From: Candidatus Saganbacteria bacterium
Lineage (GTDB): Bacteria > Margulisbacteria > WOR-1 > O2-12-FULL-45-9
Direction of reading: 5' to 3'
Assembly (NCBI GenBank): GCA_016932255.1
Contig: JAFGDE010000019.1
Span: 8,614 to 72,613, forward strand
Length of the DNA stretch: 64,000 bases
Position numbers and translations under genes: made by a program. A model generated the notes under the pieces. The model was not told the origin of the DNA and searched no databases. It worked only from the letters and a program-made list of their open reading frames with translations. Shown here in pieces: positions 49,860 through 58,856 of this stretch (positions are counted from its first letter, which is position 1; each line of letters opens with the position of its first letter).

Positions 49860-50984
49860 CTACCAGTTGACCGCGCCGGGATACAGGATATCGATCACCT
49901 GCTTGGTCAAATGGATCGTGTGGCCGTACTGGTTGCTGGCATTGTTGCTCAGACAGACGATCGTTGCTTTTTGGGCGGGCAAATAATACATGTCCGTGTT
50001 ATAACCTTCGATCTCGCCGTTATGCCCGATCAAGCCCAGTAAATTAGCTATGCCCAGGCCGTACTCGAACTTGCCGCCTGAGCCTTGCAAAACATTCCAG
50101 GTCAGTCGCGCCGCCTGCGTCTCCGCGCTCAATAAAGTCCCAAAATAAAGCGCCTCCACCCAGGTCCTCAGATCAGAGATGGTCGAGATCATGCCGCCGC
50201 TGGTCCACGGGCCGGACGGGCTCTGGATCGAAACATCGGTCAGCTCGCCAACACCCAGCGTTGCCATATTATTGTAGCCGTGACAGTACGGGTCAGGCAT
50301 GCCCGTACCTGCGGGAAAAGAAGTGCCGGCCAGGCCCAGGCGGTCAATGATCCTGGTCTTGATCTCGTCCTCGGCCTTATTGCCGGTCAACCGCTCGATC
50401 ATCAGGCCCAGCAGATAATAGTTGCTATTGGAATATTTACAGGCTGTCCCAGGCTCAAAATCTGCCGGCTGGTCGTTGATCAGGGCCATGATCTCATCGT
50501 GCGTCCAGACCCGGGTGATATCAGCGTAATAAAGCCGGTTAAATTCAGCGGAATTGACCAGATCATAAATACCCGCGGTCATGGCCAGGACCTGGCGGAC
50601 CGTGATACGGTCAGCATTGGTGATCTCAGGGAAATAAGCGTCAATGGTCGCCTCAAAACTTATCCTGCCCTCTTCGATCAGCTGCAGCATCACCGTAGCG
50701 GTAAAGGTCTTGGTAATGCTGGCAATGCGGAAATGGTCGCCTGCCTCCACCGCGCGGCCGGTCTCCAGATCAGCCTTGCCCCGCACCAGGATAAATGGCT
50801 CCTTGCCCTCTTCCCAGACCCCCAGGATCACCGCTGGGACATTATAAGTGAGCATGAAGCCGCTGACCGCGTCATTGATCAGGGCCCGCTGTGAACCAGT
50901 GATATCATTGAGATTATTTTCAGCGCAAGAAACATTAAGGGCGATCAGCAGAGCGAACATTAAAATGAACAGCATGTTCTTCAT
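49860..50984 (-). CDS. Secreted serine hydrolase, beta-lactamase/DD-peptidase (class C-like) family
   Basis: 374 aa with a signal peptide, the SxxK motif (ASITKTFTA) and YSNSNY. Confidence 0.8.
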   Translation of the reverse strand: MKNMLFILMFALLIALNVSCAENNLNDITGSQRALINDAVSGFMLTYNVPAVILGVWEEGKEPFILVRGKADLETGRAVEAGDHFRIASITKTFTATVMLQLIEEGRISFEATIDAYFPEITNADRITVRQVLAMTAGIYDLVNSAEFNRLYYADITRVWTHDEIMALINDQPADFEPGTACKYSNSNYYLLGLMIERLTGNKAEDEIKTRIIDRLGLAGTSFPAGTGMPDPYCHGYNNMATLGVGELTDVSIQSPSGPWTSGGMISTISDLRTWVEALYFGTLLSAETQAARLTWNVLQGSGGKFEYGLGIANLLGLIGHNGEIEGYNTDMYYLPAQKATIVCLSNNASNQYGHTIHLTKQVIDILYPGAVNW

Positions 50985-51042
50985 AGTGCATCAATCATAA
51001 TAATATCCGCGCTGGAAAACAAGCTGTTTAGGCTGAAAAGCC

Positions 51043-51070
51043 TTGAAGCGGCTTTATAAAAGTGTACAAT
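51043..51070 (+). promoter_or_regulatory. Promoter for CPBP copy 2 (leadered)
   Basis: TTGAAG, 16 nt, TACAAT, then a 20-nt leader with AGGAGG before the ATG at 51091. Confidence 0.5.
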
Positions 51071-51090
51071 ACGCCCAGGAGGCGATCATC

Positions 51091-51888
51091 ATGCAAATAA
51101 AATGGAAAGAGATCTTCTGGTTCAGCTTCCTGGCTTACCTGTTCACCTGGATCTACTGGCTCAGCGCGCTCTGGACCAAAAGCCCCAACCACCCCTTTTA
51201 CTCCGTGCCGTTCATCGGCGAAGGCCTGGGCATGTTTGGCCCCATGTTGGCTGCCATGGCCATGCGCGCCTGGGTCAGTAAAGAAGGCTTTAAGGGCTCG
51301 CTCGGTCTAACACGCCCGATCAAGTTCTATCTGATCGCCTTCTTCGCCCCACTGCTCTTCGTCCTCTTCCTGATCATCTTTAACCAAATAACCGGCCTGG
51401 GCCGCTTTGACTGGGTCTTTAACGTGCCCCTGGCCAGAATGATCCCCATTGCCATCGGCCTGATCTTCCTGTTCATCCCCCTGGGCCTGGGCGAAGAATA
51501 CGGCTGGAGAGGCTACCTTTTGCCCAGAGTCCTGCCGCTGGGAGAAGTTAAAGGAACTATCCTGCTGGGAATAATTTGGGCGCTCTGGCATCTGCCGGTC
51601 CTGACCCTTAGGCCCGGAGCCCTCTGGCTCAGCATCCCGCTCTTTACCGCGGCCGTGATCTTATTGGCTTTTCCCTTTACCTGGCTGTTCCGCGCGGCCG
51701 GGGCCAGCGTGCTGGTCGTCTCGCTCTTCCACAGCGCCTTCGACGTCTGGGGTGATTTCTTCACTTCAGCCATCGCCTACCCGGGCCAGGACCAGTTGAT
51801 CGTGGGCGCCGGCGGCGTGGTCAGCATGGCCATGATGGCGGTGATCGTCGTCCTGGCTTACTCGGTGTTCAAAAGGCCTACCGGCTGA
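51091..51888 (+). CDS. CPBP (CAAX/Abi) family intramembrane glutamic endopeptidase, copy 2
   Basis: 265 aa with [12 protein letters not shown] and HSAFD, polytopic. Confidence 0.8.
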   Translation: MQIKWKEIFWFSFLAYLFTWIYWLSALWTKSPNHPFYSVPFIGEGLGMFGPMLAAMAMRAWVSKEGFKGSLGLTRPIKFYLIAFFAPLLFVLFLIIFNQITGLGRFDWVFNVPLARMIPIAIGLIFLFIPLGLGEEYGWRGYLLPRVLPLGEVKGTILLGIIWALWHLPVLTLRPGALWLSIPLFTAAVILLAFPFTWLFRAAGASVLVVSLFHSAFDVWGDFFTSAIAYPGQDQLIVGAGGVVSMAMMAVIVVLAYSVFKRPTG

Positions 51889-52037
51889 CCCCCTGCCACA
51901 AACCGAGATCGCCGGCTTGAGCGCGCAACAGTTAAGAAGCGATCGGCCGGGCAAAATGTGGGGGTGTTCCAATGACGGTCTGGGGTAAAATCTGCGGCCT
52001 GATCCTGCGCTCAGCAACAGCTGCTTCCCTGGTCAGA

Positions 52038-52691
52038 TCAACCTCTCGCCGCGTGCCTGACAAAACCCATCACGCGGATCTCGACCTGCAGAGGATCGAG
52101 CAGGATGTCGGATATCCCCCGGTGACTGCCGGATCCTGTCCAGTAGTCGTCCAGCATCTTCTGAAACTGGCCTCGGCCAGCACGCAGCAGCCACCTCTGG
52201 TTCTCAATAAGATAGTCAAAAGTATTGCGGTCCAGCCAGCGGACCGGCAAGCGGCCTGAGCTCAACGCCTGCGGCCGCAGCGCTACCTCGAGCTCAAAGA
52301 CCTCGCCGAACCTGGCCGCGTCCTCAGGCGAGGTCGTGGTATAAACAGAGGTCAAGCGGGACGGCGAATCAGGGCAGTTCTTCTGCCGGTATTTCTCAAG
52401 CTGCTCTTCCATCGGTAAGTATTTGAACATAGGAGCTTGCTGCTCAGCGGTCGCAGCGTAAGGCCTGGCATATTCCTGCCCCGGCTGGGGCAAATGGTTG
52501 GGGCTAAATCCTGAGTATAGCACAACCCTGCAGCCCTGGCGCAAACGATCCAGCAGCTCAGCTTCATTGCGCAGTGACGAAATGTGGACCCTGAGGCCGG
52601 AAATGAGCGGACGCCAGGCCGGGCGGACAGACCGTTGCGCAGGCAGCGGCGGCGGTTGGCACGGCACTCTCATTGGTGCTGAAGTTCTCAT
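52038..52691 (-). CDS. Duplicated hypothetical protein, short copy (no TM region)
   Basis: 217 aa. It shares MRTSAP.RVP, the upstream leader DNA and the C-terminal domain (CPDSPSRLTSVYTTTSPEDAARFGEVFELEVAL...PVRWLDRNT...GISDILLDP) with 43194-44072. Confidence 0.55.
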   Translation of the reverse strand: MRTSAPMRVPCQPPPLPAQRSVRPAWRPLISGLRVHISSLRNEAELLDRLRQGCRVVLYSGFSPNHLPQPGQEYARPYAATAEQQAPMFKYLPMEEQLEKYRQKNCPDSPSRLTSVYTTTSPEDAARFGEVFELEVALRPQALSSGRLPVRWLDRNTFDYLIENQRWLLRAGRGQFQKMLDDYWTGSGSHRGISDILLDPLQVEIRVMGFVRHAARG

Positions 52692-52821
52692 CAGATATAT
52701 ATCGATAAAAAAGCAGAAAAATTGCAGTTAGCCCCGAATATCTTACAGCTTATTATGCCACGAAGTGACACATTGTCCGTATCTCAGATACAAGATTGCG
52801 GATTTAACCCTCCCGCGCAGC

Positions 52822-54081
52822 TCAAATATTCTTATCCAGCCAGTTATATATCTTTTCCGAAGAGATCAGCAGCGCGCCCATCTGACAATGCTCCTCCGCC
52901 CCCTCTTCAGCCGTGAACAAAAGATATGTCTTGGGGCATTTCAGGGCATTGTACAGCTTGATCGCCTGCCCCGGCATGTCCTTGTCCTCCGCAGAATCGA
53001 CCACCAGCATTTTACATTTGATCTTCGCCGCCACGTCCTTCAGCGTATAAGGCCGGGTCATTTTGATCAGCTCGGTCGGGCTCTTGGCCCGGAAAGTGAA
53101 CATGCCGTTCTCAAAGACCCAGCGCAAACCCGGGTCCTGCTCCATCCTGGTATAAATATCCTGATCGATCGCTTTGGCCGCATTTGGATCGTCAAGCTCC
53201 TTTTCAAAACCAGCCGGCGCGTGCGCCACAAAATTAGCATGGAAATCATAGACCCCACCGTTGGCTATGCACGCCTTGAGCCTCGGCTCAAAAGCCGCTG
53301 CCCGGGGAGCCAAATAGCCGCCAAAACTTATCCCCATCAGCGCGATGCGTTGAGGGTCCACTTCCGGCCGGGTCAGCGCGAAATCGACCACCGGCGTTAC
53401 GACCTTTTCCCAGTCCGGCCGGAAAGGGAGCTGCTGCACCCGGATAACTTCCCCCTGCCCCGGCCCCTCGAACAACAAACAGTTATAGCCGCGCTGGAGC
53501 GCCGGCAAAGCCACCGTGTAATAAAGCTCTTCCTGAGTGCCGTCAAACCCGGTGTGGATGATGACCAGCGGGCGCTTTTTTCCGGAATTATCGGCCAGAC
53601 AGTAATAACCCGGCAGAGCGGTCTTCCCATACTGGATCTTGACCGGCAAAACGATCGGCCGGTCGATCAGGCTGACCGATCTTAGGAAAGTATCCCGGCT
53701 CTTGCGCCAGGTCTTGAGGATGCGGGGATCATTCGGATTGCCATGCAGGAAGAATTCAGCTGTGCGATAGTAATTGGAGGCCCGCAGCAACGCCTCCGAT
53801 GCGCTCAGCCTATGCCCCTGGGCCAGGAATTTATTCCCGGCCGTTTCCAGCTCATTGGCGGTCTTTGACCACTCCCGATACCACCCCTCCTCATCCCCTG
53901 CCTTGATCCGATAAGCGGTCTTGAAACACTCGCTAATGTCTGCGGCGCCGTAAACTGATTCTCCCAGCGTCCGCAGGAGCTGGAACGAATACTGCGGATC
54001 GTCATAATAGACCTTGAGGGCGAAGACCGGCAGGGCCAGGAGGACGAGCAGTAAAACAAGCGGGATAATATATCGTTTCAT
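52822..54081 (-). CDS. Secreted alpha/beta hydrolase
   Basis: 419 aa with a signal peptide and the nucleophile elbow GISFGGY. The helical N-terminal lid region is unassigned. Confidence 0.75.
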   Translation of the reverse strand: MKRYIIPLVLLLVLLALPVFALKVYYDDPQYSFQLLRTLGESVYGAADISECFKTAYRIKAGDEEGWYREWSKTANELETAGNKFLAQGHRLSASEALLRASNYYRTAEFFLHGNPNDPRILKTWRKSRDTFLRSVSLIDRPIVLPVKIQYGKTALPGYYCLADNSGKKRPLVIIHTGFDGTQEELYYTVALPALQRGYNCLLFEGPGQGEVIRVQQLPFRPDWEKVVTPVVDFALTRPEVDPQRIALMGISFGGYLAPRAAAFEPRLKACIANGGVYDFHANFVAHAPAGFEKELDDPNAAKAIDQDIYTRMEQDPGLRWVFENGMFTFRAKSPTELIKMTRPYTLKDVAAKIKCKMLVVDSAEDKDMPGQAIKLYNALKCPKTYLLFTAEEGAEEHCQMGALLISSEKIYNWLDKNI

Positions 54082-54099
54082 GAAGGTATTATAGCAAAT

Positions 54100-54212
54100 A
54101 AATGCCTAACTATTGTGTGCCTTCGGCACATTATTATAATGTCCGCCTTAGGCGGACACCACAATTCCTCATTCTTCATTCTGAATTCTGCATTCTGAAC
54201 CCCGCATTATCC
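54100..54212. repeat. Type-C element (truncated left arm, UUCG hairpin, full right arm)
   Basis: AATGCCTAACTATTGT-GTGCCTTCGGCAC-ATTATTATAATG-TCCGCCTTAGGCGGA-...CATTCTTCATTCTGAATTCTGCATTCTGAACCCCGCATTATCC. The right end supplies the arsC stop codon. Confidence 0.85.
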
Positions 54213-54605
54213 ATAAAGCCCTTTGAACAGCTCTTCTATCCTTGTTCTCAGGTCATCCCTGACCTTGCGAAAAACATCGATGGGCAGGCCGATGGGGTCT
54301 TTGATCTCCCAGTTGATCCTTTGCTTGGCCGGAATGGCCGGACAGGTCTCGCCGCAGCCCATGGTCACGAGTACGTCAACTTCCTTGACCGGCAGGTCCA
54401 TGAATCCCTTGGAATACTGGCCTGAAATATCGATGCCGACCTCAGCCATGGCCGCGATCGCCTCAGGATGGACAAACCCGGCGGGGTTTGAGCCCGCCGA
54501 GTAGATCTCGAACTTATCGCCGGCTAATGAGCGGCCAAAACCCTCAGACATCTGCGACCGGCAGCAATTCCCCACACAAGCGAAAAGGATCTTCTTTTTC
54601 GCCAT
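54207..54605 (-). CDS. arsC: Arsenate reductase, LMW-PTP (thioredoxin-coupled) type
   Basis: 132 aa with the P-loop ILFACVGNCCRSQMSEG. Confidence 0.85.
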   Translation of the reverse strand: MAKKKILFACVGNCCRSQMSEGFGRSLAGDKFEIYSAGSNPAGFVHPEAIAAMAEVGIDISGQYSKGFMDLPVKEVDVLVTMGCGETCPAIPAKQRINWEIKDPIGLPIDVFRKVRDDLRTRIEELFKGLYG

Positions 54606-54658
54606 TATAAATAATGGCTCCTCAATTCTTCATTCTGCATTCCGCATTCTGCATTAAC
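54606..54658. repeat. Type-C right arm between the rubrerythrin and arsC genes
   Basis: ATTATAAATAATG...CAATTCTTCATTCTGCATTCCGCATTCTGCATT. Confidence 0.8.
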
Positions 54659-55237
54659 TCAGTAGTTCTCCGCCAATAGCTCATAGTACGCCTGCGGATG
54701 CTTGCAGGCCGGGCAAATATCGGGCGCTTCATTCCCCTCATGCACGTAACCACAGTTGCGGCAGTGCCATTTGACCTTCTTGTCGCGCTTGAACGCGATG
54801 CCTTCCTTGATGTTCTTGAGCAAGGTCCGGTAGCGTTTCTCATGCTGCTCCTCGACCTCAGCGATCTCCTTGAACTGGACCGCGATCTCTTCAAAGCCCT
54901 CTTCGCGGGCGACCTTCTCAAAGTCTGAATAGAGCTTAGTCCATTCCTCTTTCTCGCCTTCAGCCGCGGCCTCCAGGTTCTGCTCGGTCGTGCCGATGAT
55001 CCCGGCCGGGTACATGGCGCTGATCTCGACCGCGCCGCCCTCTAAATACTTGAAGAAGCGCTTGGCATGCTCCTTTTCGTTGTCAGCGGTCTCAAGGAAT
55101 ATAGCCGCGATCTGTTCATAGCCCGCTTTCTTGGCCACACCCGCGAAATAGGTGTAGCGGTTGCGGGCCTGCGACTCCCCGGCGAACGCCTTTAATAGGT
55201 TCTGCTCCGTTTTGCTGCCTTTAACACTTTTAGCCAT
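54659..55237 (-). CDS. rbr: Rubrerythrin
   Basis: 192 aa. Ferritin-like diiron motifs (E..EH twice) plus a C-terminal rubredoxin-like CRNCG...CPACK. Confidence 0.9.
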   Translation of the reverse strand: MAKSVKGSKTEQNLLKAFAGESQARNRYTYFAGVAKKAGYEQIAAIFLETADNEKEHAKRFFKYLEGGAVEISAMYPAGIIGTTEQNLEAAAEGEKEEWTKLYSDFEKVAREEGFEEIAVQFKEIAEVEEQHEKRYRTLLKNIKEGIAFKRDKKVKWHCRNCGYVHEGNEAPDICPACKHPQAYYELLAENY

Positions 55238-55254
55238 GATCGATATCCCCTTTC

Positions 55255-55416
55255 TTAAGCTGTTTTCTCGAACTGGTCCTTGCTGGCCCCGCAGACCGGA
55301 CAGACCCAGTTGTCCGGCAGGTTCTCAAAAGCCGTGCCCGGCTTGATGCCTGAGTCAGGATCGCCCTTGGCCGGGTCATAGATATAGCCGCAGATCTTGC
55401 ATTCGTATTTATCCAT
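55255..55416 (-). CDS. Rubredoxin (not in the supplied ORF track)
   Basis: My reverse-strand translation is [53 protein letters not shown] (53 aa), with the canonical CxxCG...CPxCG. Confidence 0.9.
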   Translation of the reverse strand: MDKYECKICGYIYDPAKGDPDSGIKPGTAFENLPDNWVCPVCGASKDQFEKTA

Positions 55417-55421
55417 GATAA

Positions 55422-55805
55422 CTACCCCTTCTTGTGCAGCCAGAGGCCGTGCACATTGCAGTATTCGCGCGCTGAAACGCTTGCGCCGGTCACTTCAAAG
55501 AAAGCCTCGGGCTTCTCTCCCGGTTCCAGGAACTGGCGATAGGCTTTGTTGTCGACCAGCAGTTCGATCCATTCGATATAATGTTTGGCTTCCATGGGAT
55601 GGGCAACTTCGCCGATTTTGACCAGATAACCGTTGCCCTGGTCCTCGATCACCGGCACGTGCTTTTCCTTGGCCGCGTCCACCGTATTCTCTTCAATTAA
55701 TTTCATCGGCTGGCCGCAGCAGACCAGATCACCCTTGCCGCTGTGGAGCACTTCCACAATATTGCCGCAGATCTCGCACTTATAGACGCCTAATTGCTTC
55801 GCCAT
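55422..55805 (-). CDS. dfx: Desulfoferrodoxin (2Fe superoxide reductase)
   Basis: 127 aa. N-terminal desulforedoxin CEICGN...CCG, then the SOR domain KHVPVIE...[11 protein letters not shown]...CNVHGLW. Confidence 0.9.
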   Translation of the reverse strand: MAKQLGVYKCEICGNIVEVLHSGKGDLVCCGQPMKLIEENTVDAAKEKHVPVIEDQGNGYLVKIGEVAHPMEAKHYIEWIELLVDNKAYRQFLEPGEKPEAFFEVTGASVSAREYCNVHGLWLHKKG

Positions 55806-55809
55806 AACC

Positions 55810-56214
55810 TTACCTCCTGTGGCATTTTTTGCACAAACCTATTAAGTAGACCCGGACCTCCTCGACCTTATTGCCCTGCACCTCCTTCTTCAGACAGGGA
55901 CATTCAATATCTTCCAGATCAATGACCTGGCCGCACTTGCGGCAGAGAAAATGCGAATGCGGCTCAGTGACAGGGTCATATCTTACACCCTGGCCCGAGA
56001 TAGTCAAATCAGCCACCAGGGCTTTTTCCACCATCAGTCTGAGGGTATTGTAGATGGTCGTTTTGGAAATGGTCGGCATCTCCCTGACCAGCGCGTCATA
56101 GATCATGTCGACTGAGGGGTGGTCGTGCCTGCCCTCAAGATATTTCATGATCCTGAGCCGCTGCTGCGACGGCCTGATGCCCTTGTCTTCAAACCTTTCC
56201 TGTAATGATTTCAT
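55810..56214 (-). CDS. perR: Fur-family peroxide regulator (PerR-like)
   Basis: 134 aa. Winged helix, HSHF, and two CxxC pairs (CRKCG, CKKCH). It heads an oxidative-stress operon. Confidence 0.8.
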   Translation of the reverse strand: MKSLQERFEDKGIRPSQQRLRIMKYLEGRHDHPSVDMIYDALVREMPTISKTTIYNTLRLMVEKALVADLTISGQGVRYDPVTEPHSHFLCRKCGQVIDLEDIECPCLKKEVQGNKVEEVRVYLIGLCKKCHRR

Positions 56215-56216
56215 AC

Positions 56217-56231
56217 TTGTAATTATTACAA
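56217..56231. promoter_or_regulatory. 7-1-7 Per/Fur-box-like palindrome
   Basis: TTGTAAT-T-ATTACAA, a perfect inverted repeat beginning 3 nt upstream of the perR ATG. Compare the Bacillus Per box TTATAATnATTATAA. Confidence 0.6.
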
Positions 56232-56268
56232 ATAGATGCTATAGTGTCAAGCGTTAACTCATTAAGAC

Positions 56269-56347
56269 CCGCGAATGAACTTCGCGGCTTAGTTTGTTAT
56301 ACTGAATTAATAAGTTAGCCGAGGCGCCTGCCTGCCGGACAGGCAGG
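56269..56347. repeat. Empty type-B hairpin (reverse orientation) and a 21-bp palindrome variant
   Basis: CCGCGAATGAACTTCGCGG (56269-87) and CCTGCCTGCCGGACAGGCAGG (56327-47). Confidence 0.85.
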
Positions 56348-56383
56348 TTCAGCCTCCGGCGCCAGCGGAAAAGGAGGACCACT

Positions 56384-56914
56384 ATGAACACATTGATCTC
56401 TGATACCAAACTGGCCATTGAACTGGAAAAGAAAGGCTATGATTTCTACATGACCACGGCCCAAAAGACCACCAATCCCCTGGCCAAGTCGACACTGGAG
56501 AGCCTGGCCGAGCGGGAACTGGTGCATGAGGCCAAGATCAAGGAGTTCTACCAGGACCTGACCAAGAAGCAGAAACTGCCCAGTGACTGGTTGAAGGGCG
56601 TGGAGGTACCGCCAAAAAGAGAGCAGCTGCTCCAACCGATCTTGAAAAGGCTCAAAGCTGCGCTGAACCAGGACTTTCAGACCGAACAGGCGCTTAACGA
56701 GGCTTACCAGATAGCTGAAGGTCTGGAAAAGGAAAGTTATAACCTTTATACCGACATCGCCAAGAAAAGCGACGATGAGATAACTAAGAAGTTCTACTCC
56801 GCCCTGGCCCAGGAAGAGCAGGAACACTACGCCATCCTGGACGAGACCATGCAGTACCTGAACAACCCCGGGGACTGGTTCAAAAAAGAGGAACGCTGGA
56901 TCGTCGAAGGCTGA
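56384..56914 (+). CDS. Ferritin-like (rubrerythrin-family, no rubredoxin domain) protein
   Basis: 176 aa with AGGAGGA SD, ELEKKGYDFY, ERELVHE and QEEQEHY. Confidence 0.7.
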   Translation: MNTLISDTKLAIELEKKGYDFYMTTAQKTTNPLAKSTLESLAERELVHEAKIKEFYQDLTKKQKLPSDWLKGVEVPPKREQLLQPILKRLKAALNQDFQTEQALNEAYQIAEGLEKESYNLYTDIAKKSDDEITKKFYSALAQEEQEHYAILDETMQYLNNPGDWFKKEERWIVEG

Positions 56915-56920
56915 AACAAC

Positions 56921-57793
56921 CTAAACGTCTATCCCCAGAAAGAGCCTGACCAGCAGGCCGATCAGGAAGCTTAAGCCCGCCACGCCCAGGCTGACGCCGA
57001 CCATTTCCAGGAACCTTTTCCTAAAGGAAACGCCGCGCACCACGGCAAAATAGAACGTAAAGACAAAGATGACCATTATCGCGCCGGCCAGGGCGATCGC
57101 CAGGGCCAAGAACGGGTTAGCCAGCAACAAAAACGGCAGGATCAGGACGACCACCGCCAGCACATAAGCCACGCCGGTATAAAAAGATGCGCGTAAAGGA
57201 TCTTTTTCCTGGCCTTCGGCCTTGGTCGAAAGATATTCTGACGCGGCCATGGACAGAGAAGCCGCGATCCCGGTGATCAGGCCGGCCACACCCACCAGCC
57301 GCGCGTTCTGCAAAGCAAAGGTCAGCCCGGCCAGAGTTCCGGTCAGCTCGACCAGCGCGTCGTTGAGTCCCAGCACAACGGAACCGATATATTTCAACCG
57401 CTCTTCATCGATCATGGCAATCAGCTCGTTCTCATGCTGGTTCTCATCAACCTTGATCGCCTCAGCCTCAGGGATGACGGCCGCGATCTCGCCGTAATTT
57501 TCCTGCGCGCCCTCCTCGCCCGATTCCATCAGCTTGACGGCAAAGGTCACGCCGAAAAAGCGCGCGATCAAAAGATAACGCCAGACCTTGAAGCGGTCCG
57601 GCTGGACCTCGGCGTTGGAAAAGCCCTTCCAGATGCCGTAGTGCCTGAGCTCGTCCTTGGCAATATCAGCCAGCACGCGGCGGTTGTTAGCGTCGCTTTC
57701 CAGCTCAGCCAGTTCATTATATATATGGTATTCGGTTATTTCGTTCTTCTGGAATTGCCTGATCCGGGCCAGTATTTTTTCGTCCAAAGCCAT
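56921..57793 (-). CDS. VIT1/CCC1-family iron transporter with an N-terminal ferritin-like domain
   Basis: 290 aa. EITEYHIY...DELRHY...ENQHE, then a TM domain with LGLNDALVELTG...SMAASEY. Confidence 0.8.
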   Translation of the reverse strand: MALDEKILARIRQFQKNEITEYHIYNELAELESDANNRRVLADIAKDELRHYGIWKGFSNAEVQPDRFKVWRYLLIARFFGVTFAVKLMESGEEGAQENYGEIAAVIPEAEAIKVDENQHENELIAMIDEERLKYIGSVVLGLNDALVELTGTLAGLTFALQNARLVGVAGLITGIAASLSMAASEYLSTKAEGQEKDPLRASFYTGVAYVLAVVVLILPFLLLANPFLALAIALAGAIMVIFVFTFYFAVVRGVSFRKRFLEMVGVSLGVAGLSFLIGLLVRLFLGIDV

Positions 57794-57802
57794 GTTCTCT
57801 CC

Positions 57803-58708
57803 TTATTTATGCGTTGAAAGGTACTTGAAAGCCGTGAGCAAAGCTTTAGCCCCGTCGCCCGCCGCGATGATGATCTGCTTTTCCGGGCCGTCGGTCACGT
57901 CGCCGGCCGCGAACAGGCCGGGCACTGAGGTCTCGGCCGCGCAGTTGACCTTGATCTCGCCCAGCTCGTTCTTCTCGACAAAGTCAACGCATTTGGAATT
58001 CGGCACCAGGCCAACCTCGATAAAGACGCCGCTGACCGGGATGTCCTTTTTTTCGCCGCTGAGCTCGACCTGCACTGCTTTGAGGAAGTTATCTCCGGTA
58101 AAACTGATGACCTTGGCCTGGTTGAGCACTTCGACCACAGGCGAGGCCTGGACCTTTTCGATCATCACCGGGTCGCCGTTCAAACGCTCCGTATTATTGA
58201 TCAGGTAGACCTTGGTGCAGTAGCGCATCAGCTGCATCGCCGCGTCCAGCGCCGAGTTGCCGCCGCCGACCACCGCCACGTCCTTGCCGGAGAAGAGCGG
58301 GCCTTCGCAGGTGGCGCAGTAGGTCAGCCCTTTATTGTTGAACTTGCCCTCGCCCGGCACATTGAGCAGCCGCGGCCGCTTGCCCGTGGCCAGGATGACC
58401 GTCCGGGCCTCGATCGTCTCGCCCTTGCCCGTGGTCACTTTAAAGTTCTGGCCAGCGCGTTCTACTTTGGCCGCTTCAGCGCCTTCGCGCAGGTCGAACT
58501 TGAACTGCGCCAGGTGCTCGCGGAACTTCTGCGCCAGGTCAGCGCCGGGCATCAGCTGGAAGCCAGGGTAATTGCCGACCTCGCCGGCCCAGATGGTCTG
58601 GCCGCCGATGTCGCGGGCTATGACGGTAAAATCCAGCTTTTTTCTCGCCGCGTAGATCGAAGCAGCGATAGCTGCTGGCCCGCCGCCGATAATTACCAGG
58701 TCTTTCAT
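57803..58708 (-). CDS. Thioredoxin-reductase-like FAD/NAD(P) oxidoreductase
   Basis: 301 aa with VIIGGGPAA, redox-active CATCEG, VVGGGNSA and FAAGDV. Confidence 0.85.
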   Translation of the reverse strand: MKDLVIIGGGPAAIAASIYAARKKLDFTVIARDIGGQTIWAGEVGNYPGFQLMPGADLAQKFREHLAQFKFDLREGAEAAKVERAGQNFKVTTGKGETIEARTVILATGKRPRLLNVPGEGKFNNKGLTYCATCEGPLFSGKDVAVVGGGNSALDAAMQLMRYCTKVYLINNTERLNGDPVMIEKVQASPVVEVLNQAKVISFTGDNFLKAVQVELSGEKKDIPVSGVFIEVGLVPNSKCVDFVEKNELGEIKVNCAAETSVPGLFAAGDVTDGPEKQIIIAAGDGAKALLTAFKYLSTHK

Positions 58709-58733
58709 AACTACCCCATCTAATTTGGTTTCT

Positions 58734-58856
58734 ACCTGCGGCTAAACGCCGCGGTTACGCTTTTTAGTTCAGGAAACCGCGAACCTGCCTGCCGGCAGGC
58801 AGGGTTTACTCGCCGGTTTCCTGGTTTTCTTTCCCAGAACCTAGCGCCTAGATCCC
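58734..58856. repeat. Empty host hairpin, filled type-B hairpin and satellite tail
   Basis: ACCTGCGGCTAAACGCCGCGGTTA (58734-57, no palindrome). GGAAACCGCGAA-CCTGCCTGCCGGCAGGCAGG-GTTTACTCGCCGGTTTCC (58772-821). CCCAGAACCTAGCGCCTAGATCCC (58833-56), which overlaps the suf gene stop. Confidence 0.85.

Noticed and set aside
52788-52800. The 10-mer TACAAGATTG is shared between the tRNA 3' flank (24871-24880) and the region upstream of the short paralog (about 52789-52798).
   Set aside because: A single 10-bp match across about 128 kb of two-strand sequence is close to chance expectation, and there is no extended similarity around it.
52765-53685. A 306-aa plus-strand ORF lies antisense to the alpha/beta hydrolase.
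   Set aside because: It is a shadow ORF with Arg/Pro/His-rich composition. The minus-strand gene has a signal peptide and a GxSxG elbow.
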